Shown: positions 17,988-25,808 of the stretch, piece after piece
Layout: each line of letters starts with the position of its first letter
Position numbering within the stretch: position 1 is the first letter of the stretch
DNA from: a virus
Taxonomy: Duplodnaviria > Caudoviricetes
Reading direction: 5' to 3' (one strand)
IMG/VR virus record: IMGVR_UViG_3300005805_000316
Location: 1 to 30,409 of that record
Length of the DNA: 30,409 nucleotides
Notes under the pieces: generated by a model
What the model was told of the DNA's origin: nothing
What the model saw: only the letters and a program-made list of their open reading frames with translations
Database searches by the model: none
Position numbers and translations under genes: made by a program

Positions 17988-19420
17988 TGGCAACTGTATT
18001 TGTTCAAAGTGCAAATGACCCCGCAGTTTTTACAACAGATAAATTTCCTATACTAAAAGATGGAGACGGAAATACCTATAGAACTGTAGTAAAAGCAAAT
18101 GTAAATGGAAGTTTTGATGTATATTCAAAAGGAACTTCAGTTCCTTTTAGAGGTGATGAATTATTATTTCAATATAACACTAATAATCAAGTAGATTTTA
18201 GAGACGGAAAATTTAAAGACAAACCAAGCACAGCATTTAATTCTTTTTTTAGATCAACAAATTCAAATGGAGAGCAATTTGTCAAAGATGTAAAAACAAA
18301 ATGGTATTCTGAAGCACCTTCAAGTGCTCGTACTAATTTGGCAGCAACAAGGTCATATGCATCAATTGCAGCCACAATTCCAACAACTCCAGATGGTAGA
18401 GTAATTCCGCCAGGAACAAGTCCAACAGGATTAGGAAATATTCCACCACCAGAGGCATCTCCAGGAAGTCCAGCAGGACAAGGACCAGCAAGTAATCAAG
18501 TAGGTTCTGTATCTGTAAGTGATATACCAGATCCATTAATAAAATCTGCAGGAAAACCAAGAACCTATGATAACTATGCTTATCCAACATCAATTAAAAC
18601 AAATAAACAAGATTTTATACAATTTACTGCATATGAGTATGTTGGTAGAAGTTTAACTATAGGAGATGGCACATCATCAACATCAATAGGTCCAAATATA
18701 GGATTTGGTGCTAGAGATATTTTAAAAAATTCTTTAGGTTCTGCAACTTTACCAATCCAACCTTCTATTACTGATTCAAATATAGTTCAATGGGGAGGTG
18801 AGCAAATGAATGCATTAGGTGCATATGCGGCTTCGGCATCATATAATGCAACAACAGATATAGCAGGAACTGGAGCAGCGGTTTTAAAAGATGTTGATAA
18901 ATTTTTAAAGCAAGGAGGTAGCGGATATAACGCAACTAGACTTTACCTAGCAGGAAAAGCAGCAAGTGTTGAAGGTCTTTTATCAAGAGTTGGTGGTGCT
19001 GTTTTAAATCCAAATTTAGAATTACTATTTCAAGGTCCACAATTAAGACCTTTCAACTTTACCTTTAGATTATCTCCAAGAGATGCAAAAGAAGCAGAAC
19101 AAGTTAAGTATATAATAAGATTTTTCAAGCAAAATATGTCGGTTAAAAATAGTGACGTTAATTTATTTTTAAAAGCACCAAATGTTTTTCAAATAAAATA
19201 TCACCTTGCCGGCGGAAAGGATCATCCATCATTAAATAGAATTAAAATATGTGCTTTACAATCTTGTAGTGTAGATTACACGCCTGATGGTTCTTATATG
19301 ACTTTTAATGATGCTGGTGCAACAATGACCTCATATAACCTTTCATTACAATTCCAAGAACTTGAACCAGTAACAGAAAAAGATTATGCAGATATTCCAT
19401 ACAACGAAATAGGTTACTAA
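17987..19420 (+). CDS. gp48: Baseplate tail tube cap gp48
   Basis: LPIQPSITDSNIVQW..NPNLELLFQGPQLRPFNFTFRLSPRDAKEA..VDYTPDG..LQFQELEP; GAGGAG RBS. Confidence 0.85.
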   Translation: MATVFVQSANDPAVFTTDKFPILKDGDGNTYRTVVKANVNGSFDVYSKGTSVPFRGDELLFQYNTNNQVDFRDGKFKDKPSTAFNSFFRSTNSNGEQFVKDVKTKWYSEAPSSARTNLAATRSYASIAATIPTTPDGRVIPPGTSPTGLGNIPPPEASPGSPAGQGPASNQVGSVSVSDIPDPLIKSAGKPRTYDNYAYPTSIKTNKQDFIQFTAYEYVGRSLTIGDGTSSTSIGPNIGFGARDILKNSLGSATLPIQPSITDSNIVQWGGEQMNALGAYAASASYNATTDIAGTGAAVLKDVDKFLKQGGSGYNATRLYLAGKAASVEGLLSRVGGAVLNPNLELLFQGPQLRPFNFTFRLSPRDAKEAEQVKYIIRFFKQNMSVKNSDVNLFLKAPNVFQIKYHLAGGKDHPSLNRIKICALQSCSVDYTPDGSYMTFNDAGATMTSYNLSLQFQELEPVTEKDYADIPYNEIGY

Positions 19421-19421
19421 A

Positions 19422-20423
19422 ATGCCATCATACTTCAGACAAGTTCCAGACTTTGAATATGTCAGCAGAGATTCCAATCAAAGGCAAATCTCTGAGTATG
19501 CGACTGTAAAAAATCTATTTCGTCGCGGAAAACTACGTGATGATATTTTTGGAAATCTTTCATACTTCACCAAATATCAAATCATTGGAGATGAAAGACC
19601 TGATAATGTTGCATACAAACTTTATAATGATGAAACTCTTGATTGGGTAATTCTTCTTTCTAATAATATAATGAATATACAAACAGAGTGGCCGCTGCCA
19701 CAGGTAATATTTGATAAGTTAATGTTAGAAAAATATGGTTCTTATGAACAACTCTACAGCGGAATTCATCATTATGAGACAAAAGAAATCAAAGATAGTG
19801 TTGGAAACTTAATCATTTCAGAAGGAATTACAATGCCAACACAATGGAAGTCTGGAAATGGTTTAGTTCAATCTATAAAAACAGAAATTCAAATACTATC
19901 ATATAATATAGTAACAAAAAAAGTTTCAATATTACTTACAGATGGTATTGAAAATTTGGTTGTAGGATCTGAAGTAATTATAAGCAATTCAACTAATTCA
20001 AACTTTAATGGATCATTTACTGTTGCAGAGATAGAAGCAGAAGATTCAGGCAAAACTTTGGCTTTTAATTTTGATTTAGATATCAGTGCAACAGAAAATA
20101 TAGTATCGGTTAGTGGAGGAGAATTTGTTGAGTTTATATCTAATGATCCAATGACTACATCAACAAACTACTACTATCAATATTATGACAATGGTTTAAA
20201 TTCTGTTGTTAGAGTTACATCATCAAATTTCTTAACACCAGTCACAAACTACGAATATGAAATTAATTTAGAAGAAGAAAAAAGAAATATTTTTATTCTA
20301 AAACCAAGATATTTAAATATTGTATTCAACGATTTAGAAGATATTATGACATACAAAAAAGGTTCTAGTCAGTATGTAACTAGAACCTTAAAGAAAGGAG
20401 ATAATATTAGATTGTATTCCTAA
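19422..20423 (+). CDS. gp53: Baseplate wedge protein gp53, with probable internal insertion
   Basis: YFRQVPDFEY..DERPDNVAYKLY..LDWVILLSNNI..WPL..HHYET..TNYEYE..KRNIFILKP. Confidence 0.85.
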   Translation: MPSYFRQVPDFEYVSRDSNQRQISEYATVKNLFRRGKLRDDIFGNLSYFTKYQIIGDERPDNVAYKLYNDETLDWVILLSNNIMNIQTEWPLPQVIFDKLMLEKYGSYEQLYSGIHHYETKEIKDSVGNLIISEGITMPTQWKSGNGLVQSIKTEIQILSYNIVTKKVSILLTDGIENLVVGSEVIISNSTNSNFNGSFTVAEIEAEDSGKTLAFNFDLDISATENIVSVSGGEFVEFISNDPMTTSTNYYYQYYDNGLNSVVRVTSSNFLTPVTNYEYEINLEEEKRNIFILKPRYLNIVFNDLEDIMTYKKGSSQYVTRTLKKGDNIRLYS

Positions 20424-20426
20424 TAA

Positions 20427-21365
20427 TCAATCTTCTGCTAGACGTTGGAAGTATGAGAGTGCATCGTCTTCATCTTCATCAACTTCCTTATTGACAACAG
20501 GAAGAGAAGGTGACTTAGAACGAGCAAATGATTGTTCCAGTTCAGCAATCACAGTTTCTTCTTGAGACGGTGTTTGAACGTAGGATTCATACTCATCTTC
20601 TTGTTCTTGGATTGCAGCACGAGGACTCTTTTGACCAAGAACATACTTGAGACGCTTCTCAAGATCTTCATAAGACTTGAACTGATCAGGAGCAGTTACT
20701 GCTGCGAGCGAGTATTGCTTCTTCCAGAGGGCTTCAAGAGCATCATCATCATCCAAGAGTGGTGCAACGCGGTCAAATTCTGACTTGTCATAGTTCCAAT
20801 ACCCATCTTTCTTTACAATTTTGAGTTTGAAGTTAGCACCCTGCCAGAAGTCAAAGGGATTGATAGGAGTTTCGTCCTCAAACTCAGGTTGCATTGCTTC
20901 CATAATCTTATCAAAGATCTTCTTACCATACTTGAAGAGGAAGACCTTACCTTCGTTTTGAGGATTTGCAGGATCTTTAACAACGTAAATGTTGCTGTAG
21001 TAAGACAGTTTACGCTTCTGCTTACGAACAGTTTCTTTATCTGCATCATGACCACTGTTCCAGAGTTCACGGTTGTGTTCGGAAACAGGATCTTTCTGAC
21101 CAAGAGTAGTCAGAGAGTTTTCAATATACCAACCACCAGGACCTTGGAAAGCATGTGTATAAAGTTTCGCCCAAGGAATTTCTTCACCTTCTGGTGCAGG
21201 TAGAAAACGGATAACTGCAAAACCATTGCCAGTCTTATCCATTTCAGGTTTCCAGAGACGCTCATCTGCGCCACTAGAAGTTGTACTCATCTTCTCTACT
21301 TCTTTTACAAGTTTCGCAGTCAGCGAACCAAGAGAAGATTGCTTTTTCAGATCATTAAAAGACAT
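20427..21365 (-). CDS. gp32: Single-stranded DNA binding protein gp32
   Basis: DKTGNGFAVIRFLP..HAFQGPGGWYIENSLTT..FKYGKKIFDKI..NYDKSEF, acidic C-terminal tail. Confidence 0.95.
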   Translation of the reverse strand: MSFNDLKKQSSLGSLTAKLVKEVEKMSTTSSGADERLWKPEMDKTGNGFAVIRFLPAPEGEEIPWAKLYTHAFQGPGGWYIENSLTTLGQKDPVSEHNRELWNSGHDADKETVRKQKRKLSYYSNIYVVKDPANPQNEGKVFLFKYGKKIFDKIMEAMQPEFEDETPINPFDFWQGANFKLKIVKKDGYWNYDKSEFDRVAPLLDDDDALEALWKKQYSLAAVTAPDQFKSYEDLEKRLKYVLGQKSPRAAIQEQEDEYESYVQTPSQEETVIAELEQSFARSKSPSLPVVNKEVDEDEDDALSYFQRLAED

Positions 21366-21412
21366 TCGGATTACCTCGTGTTTGTACGGATTTGGCTTTT
21401 GTGTACTTTGTT

Positions 21413-21441
21413 ATTCTACAGGTCTGAACCTGTTTCGTCAA
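21413..21441 (-). promoter_or_regulatory. Sigma70-type promoter TTGACG-17-TAGAAT for gp32
   Basis: Exact 17-bp spacer; contains inverted repeat ACAGGT/ACCTGT. Confidence 0.7.
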
Positions 21442-21760
21442 TCCTTTCTCGCATTGCTTCCAACATCTTAGTCATATTATTGAAGATCACATTCATATCA
21501 ACATTTGGTGGAAGACCCATCATTAATGCAGACTCAGAAATACGATTTTTCATTTCCTGCGCTTCAGGATCATCAGACAAACTCAAACGAGTATAAAGCA
21601 CCTTTTGTTTTTCTAGAAGTTTATCTAAAAGATTTACATGATAAAGTTTCTGTTCTTTACTCATACGAGGAAACTCAAAAACATTTTTATAAACTTCCTC
21701 TTGCATTTCAGATATTTCAGCCATCTCTGCACGGACGACTTCGGAATTAAAGAAACTCAT
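21416..21760 (-). CDS. DUF1825-like protein
   Basis: MSFFNSEVVRAEM..LLEKQKVLYTRLSLSDDPEA; usual position between gp59 and gp32 in cyanomyoviruses. Confidence 0.7.
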   Translation of the reverse strand: MSFFNSEVVRAEMAEISEMQEEVYKNVFEFPRMSKEQKLYHVNLLDKLLEKQKVLYTRLSLSDDPEAQEMKNRISESALMMGLPPNVDMNVIFNNMTKMLEAMRERIDETGSDL

Positions 21761-22353
21761 TGATCTCCAAAAATAACTTCTTTCAAAATTTTACGATAAC
21801 GAAATACATCAATATTTAGGAATGGACTGTATTTTTTGATCTTTTTGCTGACGGTTTCCCACACTGGGTCTTGAAGTTTCTTATCAAAATTGTTACCGAA
21901 CAGGAAAATCTTATCGTAAATCACCATTGTTTCTGGGCTAATCTTACCGCTCAGGAAACTTTTTAAGACAACAGGATGACCTTTAGAACAATCAAATACA
22001 TCATCTACCTTTTTATTCTCAAATAAATTTTGAGTTTCTTCTTTGAAGACATAAGAAAGTGATTGATTTCTTTTCTTCCATTGTTCGTATCTACTCTCAC
22101 CTTCGCGTATCATTTCTCCTATCCAAAGTTTACTTGGATCAGTGCAGGTGATGAAGTTAGATACAAAAAATTCAACAACTTCTTGATCTGTCTTTTGTCG
22201 TGCAATCTTTTCAAACCAGAATCTGTCCTTCCGTTTGTAGAAAGATTGCACTGTGGCACGACTTTTACCACAATACTTATGATAATCGTAACTATCTTTA
22301 GTAAAGTGATTCTTCAGTGCCAGATATTCACGATATGCATCAAAGGGCATCAT
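21757..22353 (-). CDS. gp59: Helicase loader gp59
   Basis: AYREYLALKNHFTKDSYDYHKY..FYKRKDRFWFEK. Confidence 0.85.
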   Translation of the reverse strand: MMPFDAYREYLALKNHFTKDSYDYHKYCGKSRATVQSFYKRKDRFWFEKIARQKTDQEVVEFFVSNFITCTDPSKLWIGEMIREGESRYEQWKKRNQSLSYVFKEETQNLFENKKVDDVFDCSKGHPVVLKSFLSGKISPETMVIYDKIFLFGNNFDKKLQDPVWETVSKKIKKYSPFLNIDVFRYRKILKEVIFGDQ

Positions 22354-22611
22354 TCAAAAAATTAATTTTGCGCGGGATGTTTTCTTTAAGAAATTAAGTT
22401 CCATTGCTTCATACTTAATCTTTTCCTTTAGTGGTTTTGAAATCAACTTAGGAACAGATTCAATATCAATGTTATTCTTCTCACAAAAATGAATAATTGC
22501 GTCAATATAATTCATTTCTTCGTTTGTTTGCACTAAGGATTCAATCTCCTGTGCAAACCGAGAAGGGCAGAAGAATTTACTCTCTAGTACTTTCTCTAAC
22601 TCATTCTCCAT
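22354..22611 (-). CDS. gp33: Late transcription coactivator gp33 (start revised to MENELEK)
   Basis: FAQEIE..NYIDAIIHFCEKNNIDIESVPKLISKPLKEKIKYEAMELNFL. Confidence 0.85.
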   Translation of the reverse strand: MENELEKVLESKFFCPSRFAQEIESLVQTNEEMNYIDAIIHFCEKNNIDIESVPKLISKPLKEKIKYEAMELNFLKKTSRAKLIF

Positions 22612-23281
22612 TTGACCCAGTATTGTGATGTACAAATTCTTTAATATAACGAACTAATAGTCTAATATAGTCCTCTTTGTTTCTTTTGTCAAATACTTTT
22701 ACTTCTCCACCAGGAGTAACCATTAATGTAATAAGTTTTTTAACTACTTTACCAGTGAGCTCATAATACGCTGCTGCATAGAATGTTTCTTGTACAAAGT
22801 AATTCTCAATCCATGCTTCTGGTTTAATCTTTTCCGATGTCTTAAAGTCAATGACTGCAAGTTCACCTTCATATTCAGCAATACAGTCTACTCTTCCTGC
22901 AAGACCAAGATACTCTGAATAGAGTGTTCTTTCAATTGCATGAATATTATTTATCTTATCAAGATAAGGTTTAGCATGATGAAACATGTGCTTTGTTAGG
23001 AATTGATAATTATCCCAAACCAACTCCTTATTCTCAAGATAGTCCTGACAAACTTGGTGGAAATCTGTTCCTCTTGCCGTTGCTTTTTTAGTAATTCTAT
23101 TTGCCTCTTCAATACCTACACGCTTTCTCCAATCAGCAAAGATTTGGCGATTATAGAAGGAAGTCACTGAAGTAATAGAAGGCACCCAATCTCCATTTGG
23201 AAGATTATAGAGACGGATGCTTTCTGTTGTTTTGCATTCTAGTTCAATGTCACCTAAAAAATTATGATGAATAAATGTCAT
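22601..23281 (-). CDS. PD-(D/E)XK exonuclease
   Basis: PSITSV..RGTDFH..AGRVDCIAEYEGELAVIDFKTS..YFVQETFYA. Confidence 0.85.
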   Translation of the reverse strand: MTFIHHNFLGDIELECKTTESIRLYNLPNGDWVPSITSVTSFYNRQIFADWRKRVGIEEANRITKKATARGTDFHQVCQDYLENKELVWDNYQFLTKHMFHHAKPYLDKINNIHAIERTLYSEYLGLAGRVDCIAEYEGELAVIDFKTSEKIKPEAWIENYFVQETFYAAAYYELTGKVVKKLITLMVTPGGEVKVFDKRNKEDYIRLLVRYIKEFVHHNTGSNGE

Positions 23282-24036
23282 AGATTAAGTTCCGTTTTTG
23301 CAATTAGATATTCTTTACATAGACCAGAACGAACAATATCTTCAACGCCAAATTCAATTACATCAATAGATGGCATAACATTTAGAATTCGCATGAAATC
23401 AATAATACCATTCTTTTCTGCAGTTTTAACGAGGTCAGACTGTGTTGCATCACCACAGAACATAATTTTAGAGTTCTCACCTACACGAGTAATAATACTA
23501 TCAAGTTCGTGAAAATTCAAGTTTTGAAATTCATCAACAATAATAATACAGTTATCAAGTGTTGTACCACGAATAAAAGAAGTACTCCAAAAACTAATCG
23601 TACCTTGAGTTTTAAGGTTTCCGTAAAGCATTTCAAATGCAGAATCATCTGGCATCTCAAACATATACTTTACCATATTCTTATAAGGAATCTGATAAAG
23701 AGAAGACTTATCTTCATGGTCTCCAGGAAGAAAACCAATCTCACGAGTAGCAACAAGAGACCTTACAATATAAATCTTTTCGTAAGGAGATCTTTCATCA
23801 AGTACATCCTTCAGTGCATTATAAAGTGTAATGAATGTCTTACCTGTACCTGCAGCACCATATGCAACAATGTTCTGATCTTTCTTATAAGATTGAAATA
23901 GTATTTCTTGATTATCGGTCAGAGGATCAATAACCCTCATCAAGTCTTGACTAATTGGTTTTTTCCTTTTCATTTGTCTGTTACTCATACCAAAAGGAAC
24001 TGGATTCTGAGGAGTGTTTCTTTTCTTAGTTGGCAT
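23278..24036 (-). CDS. phoH: PhoH family ATPase
   Basis: GAAGTGKT Walker A, IGFLPG, FIRGTT, IIVDEFQN, GDATQSDL, DIVRSG. Confidence 0.95.
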   Translation of the reverse strand: MPTKKRNTPQNPVPFGMSNRQMKRKKPISQDLMRVIDPLTDNQEILFQSYKKDQNIVAYGAAGTGKTFITLYNALKDVLDERSPYEKIYIVRSLVATREIGFLPGDHEDKSSLYQIPYKNMVKYMFEMPDDSAFEMLYGNLKTQGTISFWSTSFIRGTTLDNCIIIVDEFQNLNFHELDSIITRVGENSKIMFCGDATQSDLVKTAEKNGIIDFMRILNVMPSIDVIEFGVEDIVRSGLCKEYLIAKTELNL

Positions 24037-24044
24037 ATTTTTTT

Positions 24045-24293
24045 TTAAACTGGTTTTACTTTTGAGCCTGGAGCTTTAGATACTTTGTGCAATACATCAT
24101 TCCATCCAGGATGAGACTTGCGAAGTTTGTCATAGACTTCGCCAATTTCTCCAGAAGCAGGACAAGTGCTCGGATCAGACCAATCTCTTTCCCATTGAGG
24201 ATTGTCTTGTTTCCATTGGTCCCAATTGTGAACACTCATTGTCACTTCTTTTTGTTCACCAGTTTCCTTATTAACTACGGGATATGTGGGCAA
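24045..24293 (-). CDS. Conserved small phage protein (FmdB-like N-terminus), probable TTG start, 82 aa
   Basis: GGAGG-6 nt-TTG then PTYPVVNKETGE..GWNDVLHKVSKAPGS. Confidence 0.7.
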   Translation of the reverse strand: MPTYPVVNKETGEQKEVTMSVHNWDQWKQDNPQWERDWSDPSTCPASGEIGEVYDKLRKSHPGWNDVLHKVSKAPGSKVKPV

Positions 24294-24318
24294 TTTTAAC
24301 CTCCATTCTATATGCAGA

Positions 24319-24326
24319 TATTTATT
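24319..24326 (-). promoter_or_regulatory. Late promoter AATAAATA overlapping the thyX stop
   Basis: NATAAATA 25 bp upstream of the TTG start. Confidence 0.55.
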
Positions 24327-25032
24327 CAATGGTGATAGAAGGAGCATCGATGCACTCAGAACACCCTTCACGAGTCCAACCAAGTGCTTCAGATACTGCA
24401 GGAAACTGACAAGTAAAAATACAACGTACTAGTTCTGCAATCTCCATATGCTCTTTCTGTGTACCGTGTGCAGAGCGTAAATCAATGTAATGGATCCATG
24501 ACCGCACAGAGCCAGTCATATAAAGGCGTGTGGGCGTTGCCAGAGGCAATACGAACCTTGCACACTCCTTTGCTACTCCTTTATCCAGAAGACGGTTGTA
24601 GAGGCGCATAGAGTGCTCAAAATGAACACGGATATCTTCTGTTAGAGTCAGTCTCAAATAGTCGGGAATATCATCAATTGAATTCTGACGATTCTTCTCA
24701 TCCTGACGACGAAGTTCTGGAAGTGGAATAGTTTTTCCTAGAAGAGTGCTATCAGCATACCTTTGTGAAAACTCTTGATATGTGAAAGACCTATGGCGAA
24801 GTATCTGAGCAGCAATACCGCGAGTAGTATTAATCTCTACGGTCATACTTGCTTGTTCAAAGATACTCCAGTGCTGATGTTGAATGCAATACTTAAGAAG
24901 ACCTGAGAACTTTTCGTTTTCTTGATTAGAAGGATTACTTACGCGAGCACAATATGCCATGTGCTTCTCTGCGTCTGGTGTAACACTAATCAGTTTTACT
25001 TCTGGTTTCATGAATTCAAATTCATCATTCAT
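24322..25032 (-). CDS. thyX: Flavin-dependent thymidylate synthase (start uncertain: 25041, 25032 or 25011)
   Basis: HWSIFEQ, QILRHRSFTYQEFSQRY signature, AKECARFVLP, TQKEH. Confidence 0.95.
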   Translation of the reverse strand: MNDEFEFMKPEVKLISVTPDAEKHMAYCARVSNPSNQENEKFSGLLKYCIQHQHWSIFEQASMTVEINTTRGIAAQILRHRSFTYQEFSQRYADSTLLGKTIPLPELRRQDEKNRQNSIDDIPDYLRLTLTEDIRVHFEHSMRLYNRLLDKGVAKECARFVLPLATPTRLYMTGSVRSWIHYIDLRSAHGTQKEHMEIAELVRCIFTCQFPAVSEALGWTREGCSECIDAPSITIE

Positions 25033-25195
25033 TGTACTCATCTTCCTCTTCATAAAATACTTCGTCATAATCATTTATAAAGGTTTTAATTTCTTCATAG
25101 TGAGGATCTTTAATATCAGAACCAATCTCTTCTTTAAGACATTCTACAAGAGACTCAAGGTTTCTGACTATCAACTTAAGCTTTTCTCTATTCAT
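25025..25195 (-). CDS. Small acidic cyanophage protein, 56 aa (not in ORF track)
   Basis: MNREKLKLIVRNLESLVECLKEEIGSDIKDPHYEEIKTFINDYDEVFYEEEDEYNE; fills the gap between the promoter and thyX. Confidence 0.7.
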   Translation of the reverse strand: MNREKLKLIVRNLESLVECLKEEIGSDIKDPHYEEIKTFINDYDEVFYEEEDEYNE

Positions 25196-25218
25196 TCATA
25201 TGAACGCTGACAAAGCTA

Positions 25219-25247
25219 ATTATAGACAAAAAAAGAGGGGTCGTCAA
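25219..25247 (-). promoter_or_regulatory. Sigma70-type promoter TTGACG-17-TATAAT embedded in the terminator
   Basis: -35 at 25247-25242, -10 at 25224-25219. Confidence 0.8.
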
Positions 25248-25256
25248 GACCCCTCT
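25228..25256 (-). terminator. Rho-independent terminator
   Basis: AGAGGGGTC-TTGAC-GACCCCTCT followed by a T run. Confidence 0.9.
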
Positions 25257-25399
25257 GATTTAAAAATTTTTTCAAACCATTCCACTAGATGAATACGATA
25301 ACAAGACCAATAACGACATCCACGATATGTTAAAAGATAACAAGCGGGCCCTCTATTGTCCTTATCCATATCATCATGATGATAATGGTAATCTTGCAT
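25244..25399 (-). CDS. 51-aa His/Cys-containing micro-protein with DUF4278-like LTYRG.Y motif
   Basis: MQDYHYHHDDMDKDNRGPACYLLTYRGCRYWSCYRIHLVEWFEKIFKSEGS; TAATG overlap with the upstream ORF. Confidence 0.55.
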   Translation of the reverse strand: MQDYHYHHDDMDKDNRGPACYLLTYRGCRYWSCYRIHLVEWFEKIFKSEGS

Positions 25400-25497
25400 T
25401 ACCTATTACCAATTAATTGCGCAAGTGATGCTTTGTGGCGACGATCTTGTTTTTGCTTCTGCTCTTTAATGAGTTGAAGTACATTCAACTTTTTCAT
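25399..25497 (-). CDS. 32-aa basic helical micro-protein
   Basis: MKKLNVLQLIKEQKQKQDRRHKASLAQLIGNR; TGATG overlap and AAGGAGGG RBS upstream. Confidence 0.65.
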   Translation of the reverse strand: MKKLNVLQLIKEQKQKQDRRHKASLAQLIGNR

Positions 25498-25634
25498 CAC
25501 TTATGTCCCTCCTTAGTAAACTTAACACCACGATAGGTTTCGTTATACTGTTGAGGTTGTTGCATCATTTGCTGTTGATATGCGATACGCTTTTCGGTAT
25601 CATATTCGATGCCACGATATACTACTTTTGCCAT
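25497..25634 (-). CDS. DUF4278-family micro-protein, 45 aa
   Basis: MAKVVYRGIEYDTEKRIAYQQQMMQQPQQYNETYRGVKFTKEGHK, two YRG motifs; GGAG RBS; directly downstream of the riboswitch. Confidence 0.8.
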   Translation of the reverse strand: MAKVVYRGIEYDTEKRIAYQQQMMQQPQQYNETYRGVKFTKEGHK

Positions 25635-25667
25635 TGTTTTTGCTCCAAAGAAATGAGATTTTTAGGT

Positions 25668-25765
25668 CCCGTTCCTTCGGGCGGTTTGCGTTCGCTATTT
25701 GCGAATAGCGAATGAACGTACCGTTCCGCCGTCCTACTTGCGTCAGAGTTTTCTCTGATGAACGT
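25668..25765 (-). ncRNA. Tandem glutamine riboswitch-like element (glnA / Downstream-peptide family)
   Basis: Two units of ACGTTCAT-[hairpin]-CGCAA...GGAACGG; hairpins TCAGAG/CTCTGA and TTCGCTATT/AATAGCGAA; lies in the 5'UTR of a DUF4278 gene. Confidence 0.8.
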
Positions 25766-25771
25766 AGAGTC

Positions 25772-25800
25772 ATTATAGACTCATTGCATTATGTAGTCAA
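25772..25800 (-). promoter_or_regulatory. Sigma70-type promoter TTGACT-17-TATAAT
   Basis: Predicted start site near 25765 coincides with the first base of the riboswitch. Confidence 0.85.
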
Positions 25801-25808
25801 ATAGTTTT

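Noticed and set aside
20424-20426. Terminator between convergent gp53 and gp32
   Set aside because: The gap is 3 bp and I see no convincing hairpin with a T run
22601-23281. Exonuclease as Cas4 of a CRISPR system
   Set aside because: No four-Cys cluster pattern, no array or other cas genes; it is a standard gene next to phoH in these phages
24294-24383. N-terminal extensions given in the track for 24045-24383, thyX (25074), gp33 (22635), 27077 and 28407
   Set aside because: They overlap upstream genes; RBS position or stop/start coupling favours downstream starts
25690-25712. Hairpin TTCGCTATT-CGCA-AATAGCGAA as a terminator or tRNA arm
   Set aside because: No T run and no cloverleaf; better explained as P2 of the second riboswitch unit
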